Assembly (NCBI RefSeq): GCF_023169545.1
Contig: NZ_AP019769.1
Location: 360,001-392,000, forward strand
Origin: Nanobdella aerobiophila
GTDB lineage: Archaea; Nanobdellota; Nanobdellia; Nanobdellales; Nanobdellaceae
Length of the DNA: 32,000 nucleotides
Direction of reading: 5' to 3'
Under the pieces are notes generated by a model. It worked only from the letters and a program-made list of their open reading frames with translations, searched no databases and was not told the origin of the DNA. Numbering within the stretch: the first letter of the stretch is position 1; every line of letters starts with the position of its first letter. The position numbers were made by a program, and so were the translations under genes. This document shows positions 24,273-32,000 of this stretch, piece by piece.

Positions 24273-27200
24273 TTATGAATAATACAATGCATAAATACCA
24301 AAACCGGATGGACTAAATGTATTATTTGTAGATATTATATTTCCTGAACCTCCTACTATCTTTTCTATTATATAATTACCTGTAGGTATATTTGTAAATG
24401 TAATATTAGCATTTAATGACCCTATTAATAATATTCCAGAAGCAAAGTTATATTGTATAGTATTATTTATTATTGAACTTGCAAAACTATTTGCATTATT
24501 AATAAATCCTGAACCTATATAATTTATATCAATAGTTCCTGTTGATACAGTTAAATTATTTATAGTTCCATTATTATTTATAGCTACACCTAACTGTGAA
24601 TTATAATCATATATATTTGATGCATTACCATATATATTAAGTCCGAATATTCCTCCATATGCTGTAACATTATTAATATAATTATTATTTGTTTCATATA
24701 ATCCAAATACAGATCCTACTTTTATTAAATCATTTAATATATAATTATTTCCTGATCCTAAATCTATACCAAATATATTACTATCAATATTATTATTTTC
24801 TATATAATTATTATATCCATTATTTAATTTTATACCAAATATATTACTATCAACATTATTATTATTTATCGTATTATTTATCGCATTTCCATCTAAATCT
24901 ATACCAAATATATTCGCATTAATATTATTATTATTTATTATAATATTTTCTGGATTATTATCATATATACCCCACACACTTGATTGTATATTTGAATTCT
25001 CTATTGTAGAATTCTGGAATGTACCTGTTCCATATATTGCTCCTATATTTCCATTTATTGTACTATTATATATATTTAATATTGATGGATTTTCTACTTG
25101 TATACCAAATAATCCAGAATTTATATTTGAATTATATATATTTACTGTTCCATTTGTTAATCTTAATGCAAATAAATTAGTTTGTATATTTATATTAGTT
25201 ATATTTACATTTGAAGATTCTATATTTATTACAGGTAGTCCTGGATTAGCAGGCTCAAATAGTACATTTCCAGATCCTAATAATTCTATATTTTTACCTT
25301 GTGGATTTATATTTAAATTAACTAAATATATTCCTTGAGGGAATACTACAATTGGTATATTATTATTTATTGATCCTTGTATTATATTATTTATTTGATT
25401 ATTAGTTAATGAATTATTTATTACAGTTATATTTTGTGAATTAGGAGAGAAATATATAACTTGTTCTGGAGTTATATTATATAATCCATAATTATTATAT
25501 CCATATATTCTATAATATAATTGATAATATTGTCCATTATATTTAGAATATTCTTGTAATAAACCATTATAAAATACATCATTACATTCTGTAGAACTAG
25601 ATATAGTTACCCATTGATTATTTGATTGATTCAAGAATTGTATATTACAATAATCTATACCTTCTGTATTATCATATACATTTCCATATATTTGTAATAA
25701 CCATAGATTACTTATATATCCATTACTTGGAGTTGGAGATGTATATGATACATTAAATACAGGTTCAGGTAATTGATAGATATATATTCCTGTACTATTT
25801 ACAATATTATTATAAGATTCTGTAGATAATTCTATGCTAATATTTCCTCCATTTGGTATAATATTATATAATGAAGGTAGTCCATTTGATGAATTATTAT
25901 ATCTTAAATATATATTATTTATTCCTGGAGTTACATTTATATTATATTTATTTCCATTAATTGTTATATTTACATTTGGATAATTTGTATAGAATGTTAA
26001 ATTTAATCCATAATAATTACTTTTAGTATTATTATTTGGAGATATAATATATATAATAGGATATGGATATACATTTAATGTAAATATTGAAATATTTGAT
26101 AGTCCTGTTACTTGGTCTATTCCTAAAAATGTTATATTGTATTGTTGATAACTATTTACATTCGGAGCAGTTATTGTAAATATTTGACTTCCTCCAGAAG
26201 TAATATTAACTTCTGCTGGAGAGCATGTAACACTTGATGGAGACAAACATCTTAGTGTTAAATTATTTCCTAAATTATCTGTTCCAGATACTTGTATAGA
26301 TATTGACTGTCCTGAATTTAAATTTCCAGATGTCTGATTAAGTGCTATATTTATATTTTCTATCACTACTGTAACATTTACTTGTGTTTTATTTGTTACT
26401 ATATCTGTTGCAGTAACATTTATTATATACAATCCTTGAGATGCTGAACTTGGTACAGATATATCTAAACTTGTAGAACCTCCTGAAGGGATTATTACAC
26501 TATTTTGCCCACTAAAGGAGCATGATAATGGGGAAGGACAAGAAGCACTTATATTTAAATTATCTCCATAATTATCTGAAGCTGTTATAATAGTTGAACT
26601 ATTTGAACCTGGTGATAAAGTAATAGAGGATGGATTAGAGCTTACATTAATTAATTCTTGTGGAACATTTACCGTTATTGTTGTAGAATTTGTTGCATTA
26701 TTCTCAGATATTCCATTTATTGTCACTGTATAAGTACCCGGTGTTATTGATGTTGTTGAATTTATATATAATGTTACTGTTGTATTTGGAGTTGCTGTAT
26801 TATTTGAAAGATAACATCCTAAATTAGTATTTGAAGTTGAACAAGACAAATTTACTGGTAAAGGTGTATTTCCAGTTAGTTGAGTTAATTGTATATTATC
26901 TGTTATTGTTTTACCTGGTATTTCGGTAATTAGATTACTAGAAGGTATCAATTCGAATGTAAATACTGGAAAAGCATATACAAATACTGAAGCATAGTTT
27001 GTTGTACCTGGTCCACCAACATTTGCATCAAAAGTAAAAGAATAGGATCCTGGAGCTAAATCTTGACATCCCGCAGCATATACTGCATTATTAGGATTAT
27101 TAGCAGGACCTGCTTCTTCATAATTTATTTCTGAACACCCAGCAGGTAAAGTTACAGTAGTTATACCAGCCTGTCCATTATTACTTCCAGCAGCTAATAA

Positions 27201-27671
27201 TATAAATACAGTTTCATTTTGTCCATTTACATTAAAAGATACAGATTGTGTAGCACTTTTTCTAAAATTAAATGTTAAATTATCTAATATTAGATATTGA
27301 GAATAATTATTTATAGTTAATCCAATTAATGCATTATTTCCATTTCCTGCTGGACCTCCTCGATTAAATGTATATGAACATGAATTTTGTGTATTATTAC
27401 CTATAACTGAATATCCACTATTATCTACTAATATATTAAAGTATGGAACTATAGTACTTCCACCATTTACAGAAGCTGTACAATAATATAGATTTCCTAA
27501 AGGTAAATTAACACTCACTGAATTAGATCCTGGTCCAGGGTTTGCATTTGTTCCATTATATCCAACTAATGTTGCTCCTACGGCAGAGAATACACTATTT
27601 ACAGAAAAAATAGAGAGTATAGATAAAATAACTAGTATATATATTTTTTTTATTAAGAATTTATATACCAT
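24273..27671 (-). CDS. Large secreted surface protein: Sec signal, unknown N-terminal domain, three Cys-pair Ig-like repeats, beta-sandwich region, right-handed parallel beta-helix (PbH1-type) region; no recognisable membrane anchor
   Basis: 1132 aa. Signal MVYKFLIKKIYILVILSILSIFSVNSVFSA. About 100-aa repeats each carry a Cys pair (LSCSTSNTNLGCY, ASCPSPLSCSF, LRCLSPSSVTCSP). 22-23-aa coils carry NIFGI(D/K)L and G(I/L)FG motifs between about aa 765 and 1010. I hand-counted about 47 N-x-S/T sequons. Confidence 0.8.
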   Translation of the reverse strand: MVYKFLIKKIYILVILSILSIFSVNSVFSAVGATLVGYNGTNANPGPGSNSVSVNLPLGNLYYCTASVNGGSTIVPYFNILVDNSGYSVIGNNTQNSCSYTFNRGGPAGNGNNALIGLTINNYSQYLILDNLTFNFRKSATQSVSFNVNGQNETVFILLAAGSNNGQAGITTVTLPAGCSEINYEEAGPANNPNNAVYAAGCQDLAPGSYSFTFDANVGGPGTTNYASVFVYAFPVFTFELIPSSNLITEIPGKTITDNIQLTQLTGNTPLPVNLSCSTSNTNLGCYLSNNTATPNTTVTLYINSTTSITPGTYTVTINGISENNATNSTTITVNVPQELINVSSNPSSITLSPGSNSSTIITASDNYGDNLNISASCPSPLSCSFSGQNSVIIPSGGSTSLDISVPSSASQGLYIINVTATDIVTNKTQVNVTVVIENINIALNQTSGNLNSGQSISIQVSGTDNLGNNLTLRCLSPSSVTCSPAEVNITSGGSQIFTITAPNVNSYQQYNITFLGIDQVTGLSNISIFTLNVYPYPIIYIISPNNNTKSNYYGLNLTFYTNYPNVNITINGNKYNINVTPGINNIYLRYNNSSNGLPSLYNIIPNGGNISIELSTESYNNIVNSTGIYIYQLPEPVFNVSYTSPTPSNGYISNLWLLQIYGNVYDNTEGIDYCNIQFLNQSNNQWVTISSSTECNDVFYNGLLQEYSKYNGQYYQLYYRIYGYNNYGLYNITPEQVIYFSPNSQNITVINNSLTNNQINNIIQGSINNNIPIVVFPQGIYLVNLNINPQGKNIELLGSGNVLFEPANPGLPVINIESSNVNITNINIQTNLFALRLTNGTVNIYNSNINSGLFGIQVENPSILNIYNSTINGNIGAIYGTGTFQNSTIENSNIQSSVWGIYDNNPENIIINNNNINANIFGIDLDGNAINNTINNNNVDSNIFGIKLNNGYNNYIENNNIDSNIFGIDLGSGNNYILNDLIKVGSVFGLYETNNNYINNVTAYGGIFGLNIYGNASNIYDYNSQLGVAINNNGTINNLTVSTGTIDINYIGSGFINNANSFASSIINNTIQYNFASGILLIGSLNANITFTNIPTGNYIIEKIVGGSGNIISTNNTFSPSGFGIYALYYS
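24759..24932 (-). repeat. Intragenic tandem repeat (66/69-nt period) encoding consecutive beta-helix coils
   Basis: The plus-strand core TATACCAAATATATTACTATCAA(T/C)ATTATTATT occurs at 24765 and 24831 with 1 mismatch. A more diverged copy lies at 24900. CTAAATCTATACCAAATATATT is identical before copies 1 and 3. Confidence 0.7.
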
Positions 27672-27772
27672 TAGATAAAAAATACTTTATTATTAAAAAG
27701 AGTTTATTCAACATAATTAATTTACTATGTTGATAATCAATAAAGATTTAGGATAAAATAAGCTAAAAAAAT

Positions 27773-28390
27773 TTATTGTAAGGATGAAGTTCCGCCTAGA
27801 GAACTACAAGATGCATAACCTGTAGCTGGATTTACAGAACACTCCATTATATCTAATTGCTGTGTAGGTGATATTATTAATCTCACACCCATCTCTAAAT
27901 TAGATGTTGAATATTGTATTGTTTGATTCAAACATGTAGATAATAGAGTCACATTAACCTCTGCAACTGTTTGAGCAGGTATTGCTTGTCCATATGATAA
28001 TGTCTGATTTGTATTATAATCATATACACTTGTAGATATCTCTGTAGCCAATGATGGATTATTAGCTAGATTAGCAAACAATACAGGTACTGAACAAAAT
28101 ACATCACCATTTTGATCTGTAAAATCTAATGTCCATCCACTTAATGGTATATTTGTAGATCCTAAATTATATAATACGAATGATAATGTAGCAACCGTAC
28201 CAAATTCTGAATATTGTACATCATGAATCGCAAATTGAGGAATTTCAGATTGTTGTTGAGTTAAATCTAATTTTGCTAATGATAAATTTGAATTTTTTAA
28301 GTAAATATTAACTAAAGCATAACTTGCTATTGTTGCTATGGCAACCAAAAATATAAAAAGAAATAAATTTTGAAAAGCTTGCCCTTTCAT
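27773..28390 (-). CDS. Archaellin-related / FlaF-FlaG-like protein with a class III signal peptide
   Basis: 205 aa. MKGQ followed by AFQNLFLFIFLVAIATIASYALV, then a beta-rich domain (TLSFVLYNLGSTNIPLSGWTL). It starts 1 nt after the upstream archaellin stop. Confidence 0.6.
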   Translation of the reverse strand: MKGQAFQNLFLFIFLVAIATIASYALVNIYLKNSNLSLAKLDLTQQQSEIPQFAIHDVQYSEFGTVATLSFVLYNLGSTNIPLSGWTLDFTDQNGDVFCSVPVLFANLANNPSLATEISTSVYDYNTNQTLSYGQAIPAQTVAEVNVTLLSTCLNQTIQYSTSNLEMGVRLIISPTQQLDIMECSVNPATGYASCSSLGGTSSLQ

Positions 28391-28391
28391 C

Positions 28392-28982
28392 TTATCCGTA
28401 TAATATTACTACTGGATATATCATTGCAGCTGGTGTTACACCTGATAAATCATATGGTTGTCCATTTGGTGGAATTACTGATATTTCCCATGTTTGTGAA
28501 GTTCCTAATGTTACATTAGAATATACTAATAATGCACCTAGATCATTTGGACCCAATACTCCATTATATAATAATCCTGAATTATCTACAGAATCATGTT
28601 CATCAATATAATAGTCCCCAGTATATGATGTTACTAGCGATGAATTTGCTATTGCACCACCATATGCAAATACTTCTCTTCCAGCTGGAGTATATAGTAT
28701 TAATGATGTTTGATTTAATAATATTGGTTGTGATCCTGGTGCTAATCTTGTATATACTAAGTATTCTTGAACTTGTTGTGTTGTTGTATTTACATTTATG
28801 CCTTCTACCCTTACAATCTCTACTGTAGTTCCAGATGTTTGCACTGTTTGTTGCGCTGCTGCTGCTGCATGTCCTTGTGCACTTGTTGTTGCTCCTATAA
28901 TTACAAATGCCGCTATTGCTGCTGTTAATGCTGCTGCTATAAATAAAACCATAGACGAAAAACCTGTACCTTGACCCTTCAT
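28392..28982 (-). CDS. flaB: Archaellin (FlaB/ArlB family)
   Basis: 196 aa. MKGQ followed by GTGFSSMVLFIAAALTAAIAAFVIIG, then QQTVQTSGTTVEIVRVEG, LAPGSQPILLNQTSL and the C-terminal ISVIPPNG pattern. Confidence 0.75.
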   Translation of the reverse strand: MKGQGTGFSSMVLFIAAALTAAIAAFVIIGATTSAQGHAAAAAQQTVQTSGTTVEIVRVEGINVNTTTQQVQEYLVYTRLAPGSQPILLNQTSLILYTPAGREVFAYGGAIANSSLVTSYTGDYYIDEHDSVDNSGLLYNGVLGPNDLGALLVYSNVTLGTSQTWEISVIPPNGQPYDLSGVTPAAMIYPVVILYG

Positions 28983-29038
28983 TTAATATAAAAAATCTCT
29001 ATTATTTATATATATTTGCTAATCAATATTGATTATTA

Positions 29039-29113
29039 TGCCCCCGCCGGGATTTGAACCCGGGTCATAGGGACGAAAACCCTATATCCTGGACCAGACT
29101 AGACGACAGGGGC
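29039..29113 (-). tRNA. tRNA-Glu (anticodon UUC); contiguous, no intron, CCA not encoded
   Basis: Reverse complement: GCCCCUG...UAGGG-UUUUCGU-CCCUA-UGAC-CCGGG-UUCAAAU-CCCGG-CGGGGGC-A. Confidence 0.9.
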
Positions 29114-29147
29114 AATAAGATTAAATTCTATATATCTATTTAAAAAT

Positions 29148-29390
29148 TTATTCTTTGTCAATAGAGCTTGCGAATTTATTTATATCTTCTAAATCAAAAT
29201 TAGTAAATATTACTTCTCCATATGAAAACCCCAATATATTCTTTTCACCTTTTCTCATATTTATCGTATCATCTGACTCGTCTATGATCTCATAATCATT
29301 GAAATAATCCCTCAACCTTTTAATATTGAGATTCTTATTAAACCTAATGCTAAAATCTTTTTTTCCACATAATGGGTATATTCTATACAT
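29148..29390 (-). CDS. Small hypothetical protein
   Basis: 80-aa ORF in AT-rich DNA where random ORFs of this length are uncommon. I recognise no motif. It is divergent from sufB. Confidence 0.4.
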   Translation of the reverse strand: MYRIYPLCGKKDFSIRFNKNLNIKRLRDYFNDYEIIDESDDTINMRKGEKNILGFSYGEVIFTNFDLEDINKFASSIDKE

Positions 29391-29443
29391 TATATATTAT
29401 AAATTATGATATATTTTTAAAAATATATAACATTGTTATATAT

Positions 29444-30829
29444 ATGAGTATTTTAACAAAAGAAGAGAAACTAATAGAGAAAAATAATGAAAATTATAAT
29501 ATATTAATTAGAGGGCCTCTAGATGAAAAAAAGATAAAAGAAATATCTGAATTAAAAGGAGAGCCCGATTGGATGTTCCAAATTAGACTTAAAGCATTTA
29601 AAAAGTTTCAAAATATAGATCTACCAAGATTTGGCCCTAAAATAGATATTAACTTTGATAAAATAATATACTATGGATCTCCGACAAAATACCCAAAGCC
29701 ACTCAATTGGAATGAATTGCCATCATACATGAAAGAAACCATAGAAAAATTAGGATTAAAACAAGAATTTGAGAATCTAAGCGCATTAAATGTACAATAT
29801 GACTCTATACCATTATATAAAGAAATAAAAAATTATTTAGATCAAGAAGGTATAATATTTACATCATTAGATGAAGGTGTAAAAGAATATCCTGAAATAG
29901 TAAAAAAATATTTTTCAAAGGTGGTTCCAGAAGGCGATAACAAATTTGCTGCTTTAAATACTGCAGTATGGTCTGGAGGTGTGTTTATATATGTACCTGA
30001 AAACAAAAGAATAGATTTTCCACTTCATGCATATTTCATAATAAATCTTGAAAATTTAGGTCAATTTGAAAGAACATTAATAATTACAGAAAAAAATGCA
30101 AAAGTTACATATATAGAGGGGTGTACTGCGCCAGTATATTCTTCTACCCAATTGCATGCTGCCGTAGTAGAATTATTTGCAAATGAAAATTCTAATATAA
30201 CTTATGGTACTATACAAAATTGGTCAAAAAATGTATATAATTTGGTAACTAAGAGAGCTAGAGTAGGAAAAAAAGCCAGAGTAAGATGGATATCTGGGGA
30301 ATTTGGTAGCAAAGTTACGATGCTGTATCCTGGGTTAATATTAGATGATGATGCTGAAGGAGAAATATATACCATCGGTTTTGCTACAGATAACCAAAAT
30401 ATAGATACAGGAGGGAGAATATTTGCTCTAGGAAAAAATTCTAAAGGATATATATTATCAAAGTCTATCGCGATAGGAAAAGAAAATGAATCTATATCTG
30501 TCAATAGGATAGATATAAAATTAAATAATAACGGAGAAGTTATATCAAAATGTGATTCTTTAATAGAAGAAAAAGGTAAGAGCACTTCTATACCAAGGAT
30601 AGAGAAATTTAGCAATGAAAGTAGTTATAATCACGAAGCAAAAATGGAAAAAATCAATGATGAAAAAATATTATATTTAAGATCATTAGGTATAGAAGAA
30701 AAAGAAGCTAGAAGGTTATTCCTATTAGGATTTATGGATGATATATTAAATAATTTTCCAGAATCATATAAATTAGAAATAAAAAGGATATTGGATTTGG
30801 AATTAGAAGAAATTGGTGGATTTGGATGA
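29444..30829 (+). CDS. sufB: Fe-S cluster assembly scaffold protein SufB
   Basis: I prefer the ATG at 29444 (MSILTKEEKL) over the track start at 29372. GEPDWMFQIRLKAFKKF, TLIITEKNAKVTYIEGCTAP and the C-terminal beta-helix region are typical of SufB. Confidence 0.9.
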   Translation: MSILTKEEKLIEKNNENYNILIRGPLDEKKIKEISELKGEPDWMFQIRLKAFKKFQNIDLPRFGPKIDINFDKIIYYGSPTKYPKPLNWNELPSYMKETIEKLGLKQEFENLSALNVQYDSIPLYKEIKNYLDQEGIIFTSLDEGVKEYPEIVKKYFSKVVPEGDNKFAALNTAVWSGGVFIYVPENKRIDFPLHAYFIINLENLGQFERTLIITEKNAKVTYIEGCTAPVYSSTQLHAAVVELFANENSNITYGTIQNWSKNVYNLVTKRARVGKKARVRWISGEFGSKVTMLYPGLILDDDAEGEIYTIGFATDNQNIDTGGRIFALGKNSKGYILSKSIAIGKENESISVNRIDIKLNNNGEVISKCDSLIEEKGKSTSIPRIEKFSNESSYNHEAKMEKINDEKILYLRSLGIEEKEARRLFLLGFMDDILNNFPESYKLEIKRILDLELEEIGGFG

Positions 30830-32000
30830 TGATGGATCCGTACAAAATTAGATTAGATTTCCCAATATTAAAAAGAAAAATAAATGGAAAGGATTTGGTA
30901 TATTTTGATAATGCAGCAACAACCCAGAAGCCATTGAGAATAATAGAAAAATTTACAGAGGTATATACAAAATATTATGCAAATATACATAGAGGTATTC
31001 ATACTTTATCTCAGGAAGCATCCGATATGTACGAAGATGCTCATAGAATAGTCTCTGAACATCTAAATGCTAACGATTGGAGAGAAATAATATTTACAAA
31101 AAATACTACAGAGTCTATTAACTTAGTAGCATATTCTTATGGAATAAACAAGCTCAAGAAAGATGATAAGATAATAATAACAAAAATGGAACATCATGCA
31201 AATTTAGTACCATGGCAACAAGTTGCTAGAAAAACAGGAGCAAAAATAGAATATATAGACTTTAATAAGGATTATAGATTAGATATTGATCAAGCAGAAA
31301 AAATAATTGATGATAAAACCAGAATAGTGGCAATAACTCATGCCTCAAATGTATTAGGCACTATAAACCCTATAAAAGATATAATAAAAATTGCTCATGA
31401 ACATGACGCGATCGTTTTAATTGATGCTGCGCAAAGCATTCCACACAATAAGATAGATGTAAAAAAATATGATATGGATTTTTTAGCATTTAGTGCACAC
31501 AAAATGATGGGACCTGATGGGATAGGGGTATTGTATGGAAAAGAAGAGATATTAGAAAAAATGGATCCATTCTTAACTGGAGGTGATATGATAAAGGATG
31601 TAGATCTTTACAATGCTGAATGGAACGATCTACCATGGAAATTTGAAGCTGGTACACCAAATATCGCTGGTGGGATCGTATTTGGAGAAACAATAAAATA
31701 TATAAAAGATATAGGTATAGAAAATATTGAAGAATATGATAGATATATAACAAAATATTTTATTGATAAATATAATGATTATAAATTAGATGATATTATG
31801 TTAATAGGTCCTAATGATTATAAAGAGAGAACACCTACATTTTCATTCTATACTAAAAGGTATAGATCTCATCAAATTGCAAAACTATTGGATCTTGAAG
31901 GTATTGCTGTAAGATCTGGATTTCACTGTGCACATCCACTATTAAAAAATATTAATATATTAAATAATAATTTATATAACCTAGGAGGAACTTTTAGAGC
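30826..32000 (+). CDS. sufS: Cysteine desulfurase SufS (class V aminotransferase); the 3' end lies beyond the window
   Basis: Not in the ORF track because it runs off the right edge. My translation reads MMMDPYKIRLDFPILKRKINGKDLVYFDNAATTQKP...HANLVPWQ...ITHASNVLG...FSAHKMMGP (PLP lysine)...RSGFHCAHPL (catalytic Cys). The start overlaps the sufB stop (ATGA). Confidence 0.9.
   Translation, partial: MMMDPYKIRLDFPILKRKINGKDLVYFDNAATTQKPLRIIEKFTEVYTKYYANIHRGIHTLSQEASDMYEDAHRIVSEHLNANDWREIIFTKNTTESINLVAYSYGINKLKKDDKIIITKMEHHANLVPWQQVARKTGAKIEYIDFNKDYRLDIDQAEKIIDDKTRIVAITHASNVLGTINPIKDIIKIAHEHDAIVLIDAAQSIPHNKIDVKKYDMDFLAFSAHKMMGPDGIGVLYGKEEILEKMDPFLTGGDMIKDVDLYNAEWNDLPWKFEAGTPNIAGGIVFGETIKYIKDIGIENIEEYDRYITKYFIDKYNDYKLDDIMLIGPNDYKERTPTFSFYTKRYRSHQIAKLLDLEGIAVRSGFHCAHPLLKNINILNNNLYNLGGTFR

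Noticed and set aside
24689-24922. 77-aa plus-strand ORF (TTG start). The track ORFs at 22167-22403, 28532-28828, 30202-30615 and 31490-31753 are similar.
   Set aside because: They are antisense to the giant surface protein repeats, the methyltransferase, an archaellin, sufB and sufS respectively. All are shadow ORFs.
27708-27733. 8-bp inverted repeat (TCAACATA, 10 nt, TATGTTGA) between the archaellin-like gene and the giant gene, followed by a T5 run on the coding strand
   Set aside because: An AT-rich 8-bp stem and short T runs are expected by chance many times in this composition. It cannot be called a terminator or attenuator without transcript data.
27734-27741. Recurrence of the palindrome half-site TAATCAAT upstream of the giant gene
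   Set aside because: By my estimate an 8-mer of this composition should occur several times per 32 kb on both strands by chance, so it does not indicate a shared operator.
1-32000. CRISPR arrays, rRNA genes, inteins, split or intron-containing tRNAs
   Set aside because: I found no regularly spaced direct repeats and no further GC-rich structured regions beyond the four tRNAs. aIF5B and the other large proteins have no intein-like insertions. All four tRNAs fold as contiguous cloverleaves.

Overview
This is a very AT-rich archaeal chromosome segment (about 20-27% G+C in the lines I counted by hand). It is almost wall-to-wall coding, with many 4-30 nt gene overlaps. Four intact, intron-less tRNA genes stand out as sharp GC-rich islands; tRNA-Asp is about 70% G+C by my count. 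That contrast is typical of a thermophile with a reduced genome.

The gene set is archaeal: eS6, eS28, eL24, aIF5B, Kae1, AglB, archaellins and a two-subunit splicing endonuclease. Three features fit a DPANN/Nanoarchaeota-like symbiont, which is an inference and not proven: the alpha/beta EndA pair, a TRAM-less RumA-type m5U methyltransferase, and a ThrRS without an editing domain.

Contents, left to right:
- kae1 (partial) and rps6e
- a degenerate pyrophosphatase-like gene, then infB
- an ABC-2 exporter pair and tRNA-Lys
- a sugar nucleotidyltransferase
- a block with two head-to-head half-size FlaJ/TadBC-type platform genes plus secreted N/Y-rich proteins
- ndk, rpl24e (missed by the ORF track) and rps28e
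- a compact N-glycosylation module (aglB, a GlcNAc-1-P-transferase family gene, a flippase) and a PfkB kinase
- tRNA-Asp, a small kinase-like gene and thrS
- the endA alpha and beta subunits, tRNA-Thr and an archaellin
- the m5U methyltransferase
- about 1 kb of decayed genes (MNT, HEPN, DUF123)
- a 1132-aa surface protein with Ig-like repeats and a beta-helix, directly downstream of two more archaellin-type genes
- tRNA-Glu, a small orphan gene, sufB and sufS (partial)

I found no rRNA, CRISPR array, transposase or integrase.

The most unusual signals are:
- the archaellin plus giant adhesin-like block (24273-28982)
- the split, divergently arranged platform protein with an added ectodomain (6371-9849)
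- the catalytically dead PPase homologue (1462-1935)
- the toxin-antitoxin/nuclease decay island (23275-24266)

All functional calls rest on motif recognition by eye. No database search was run.
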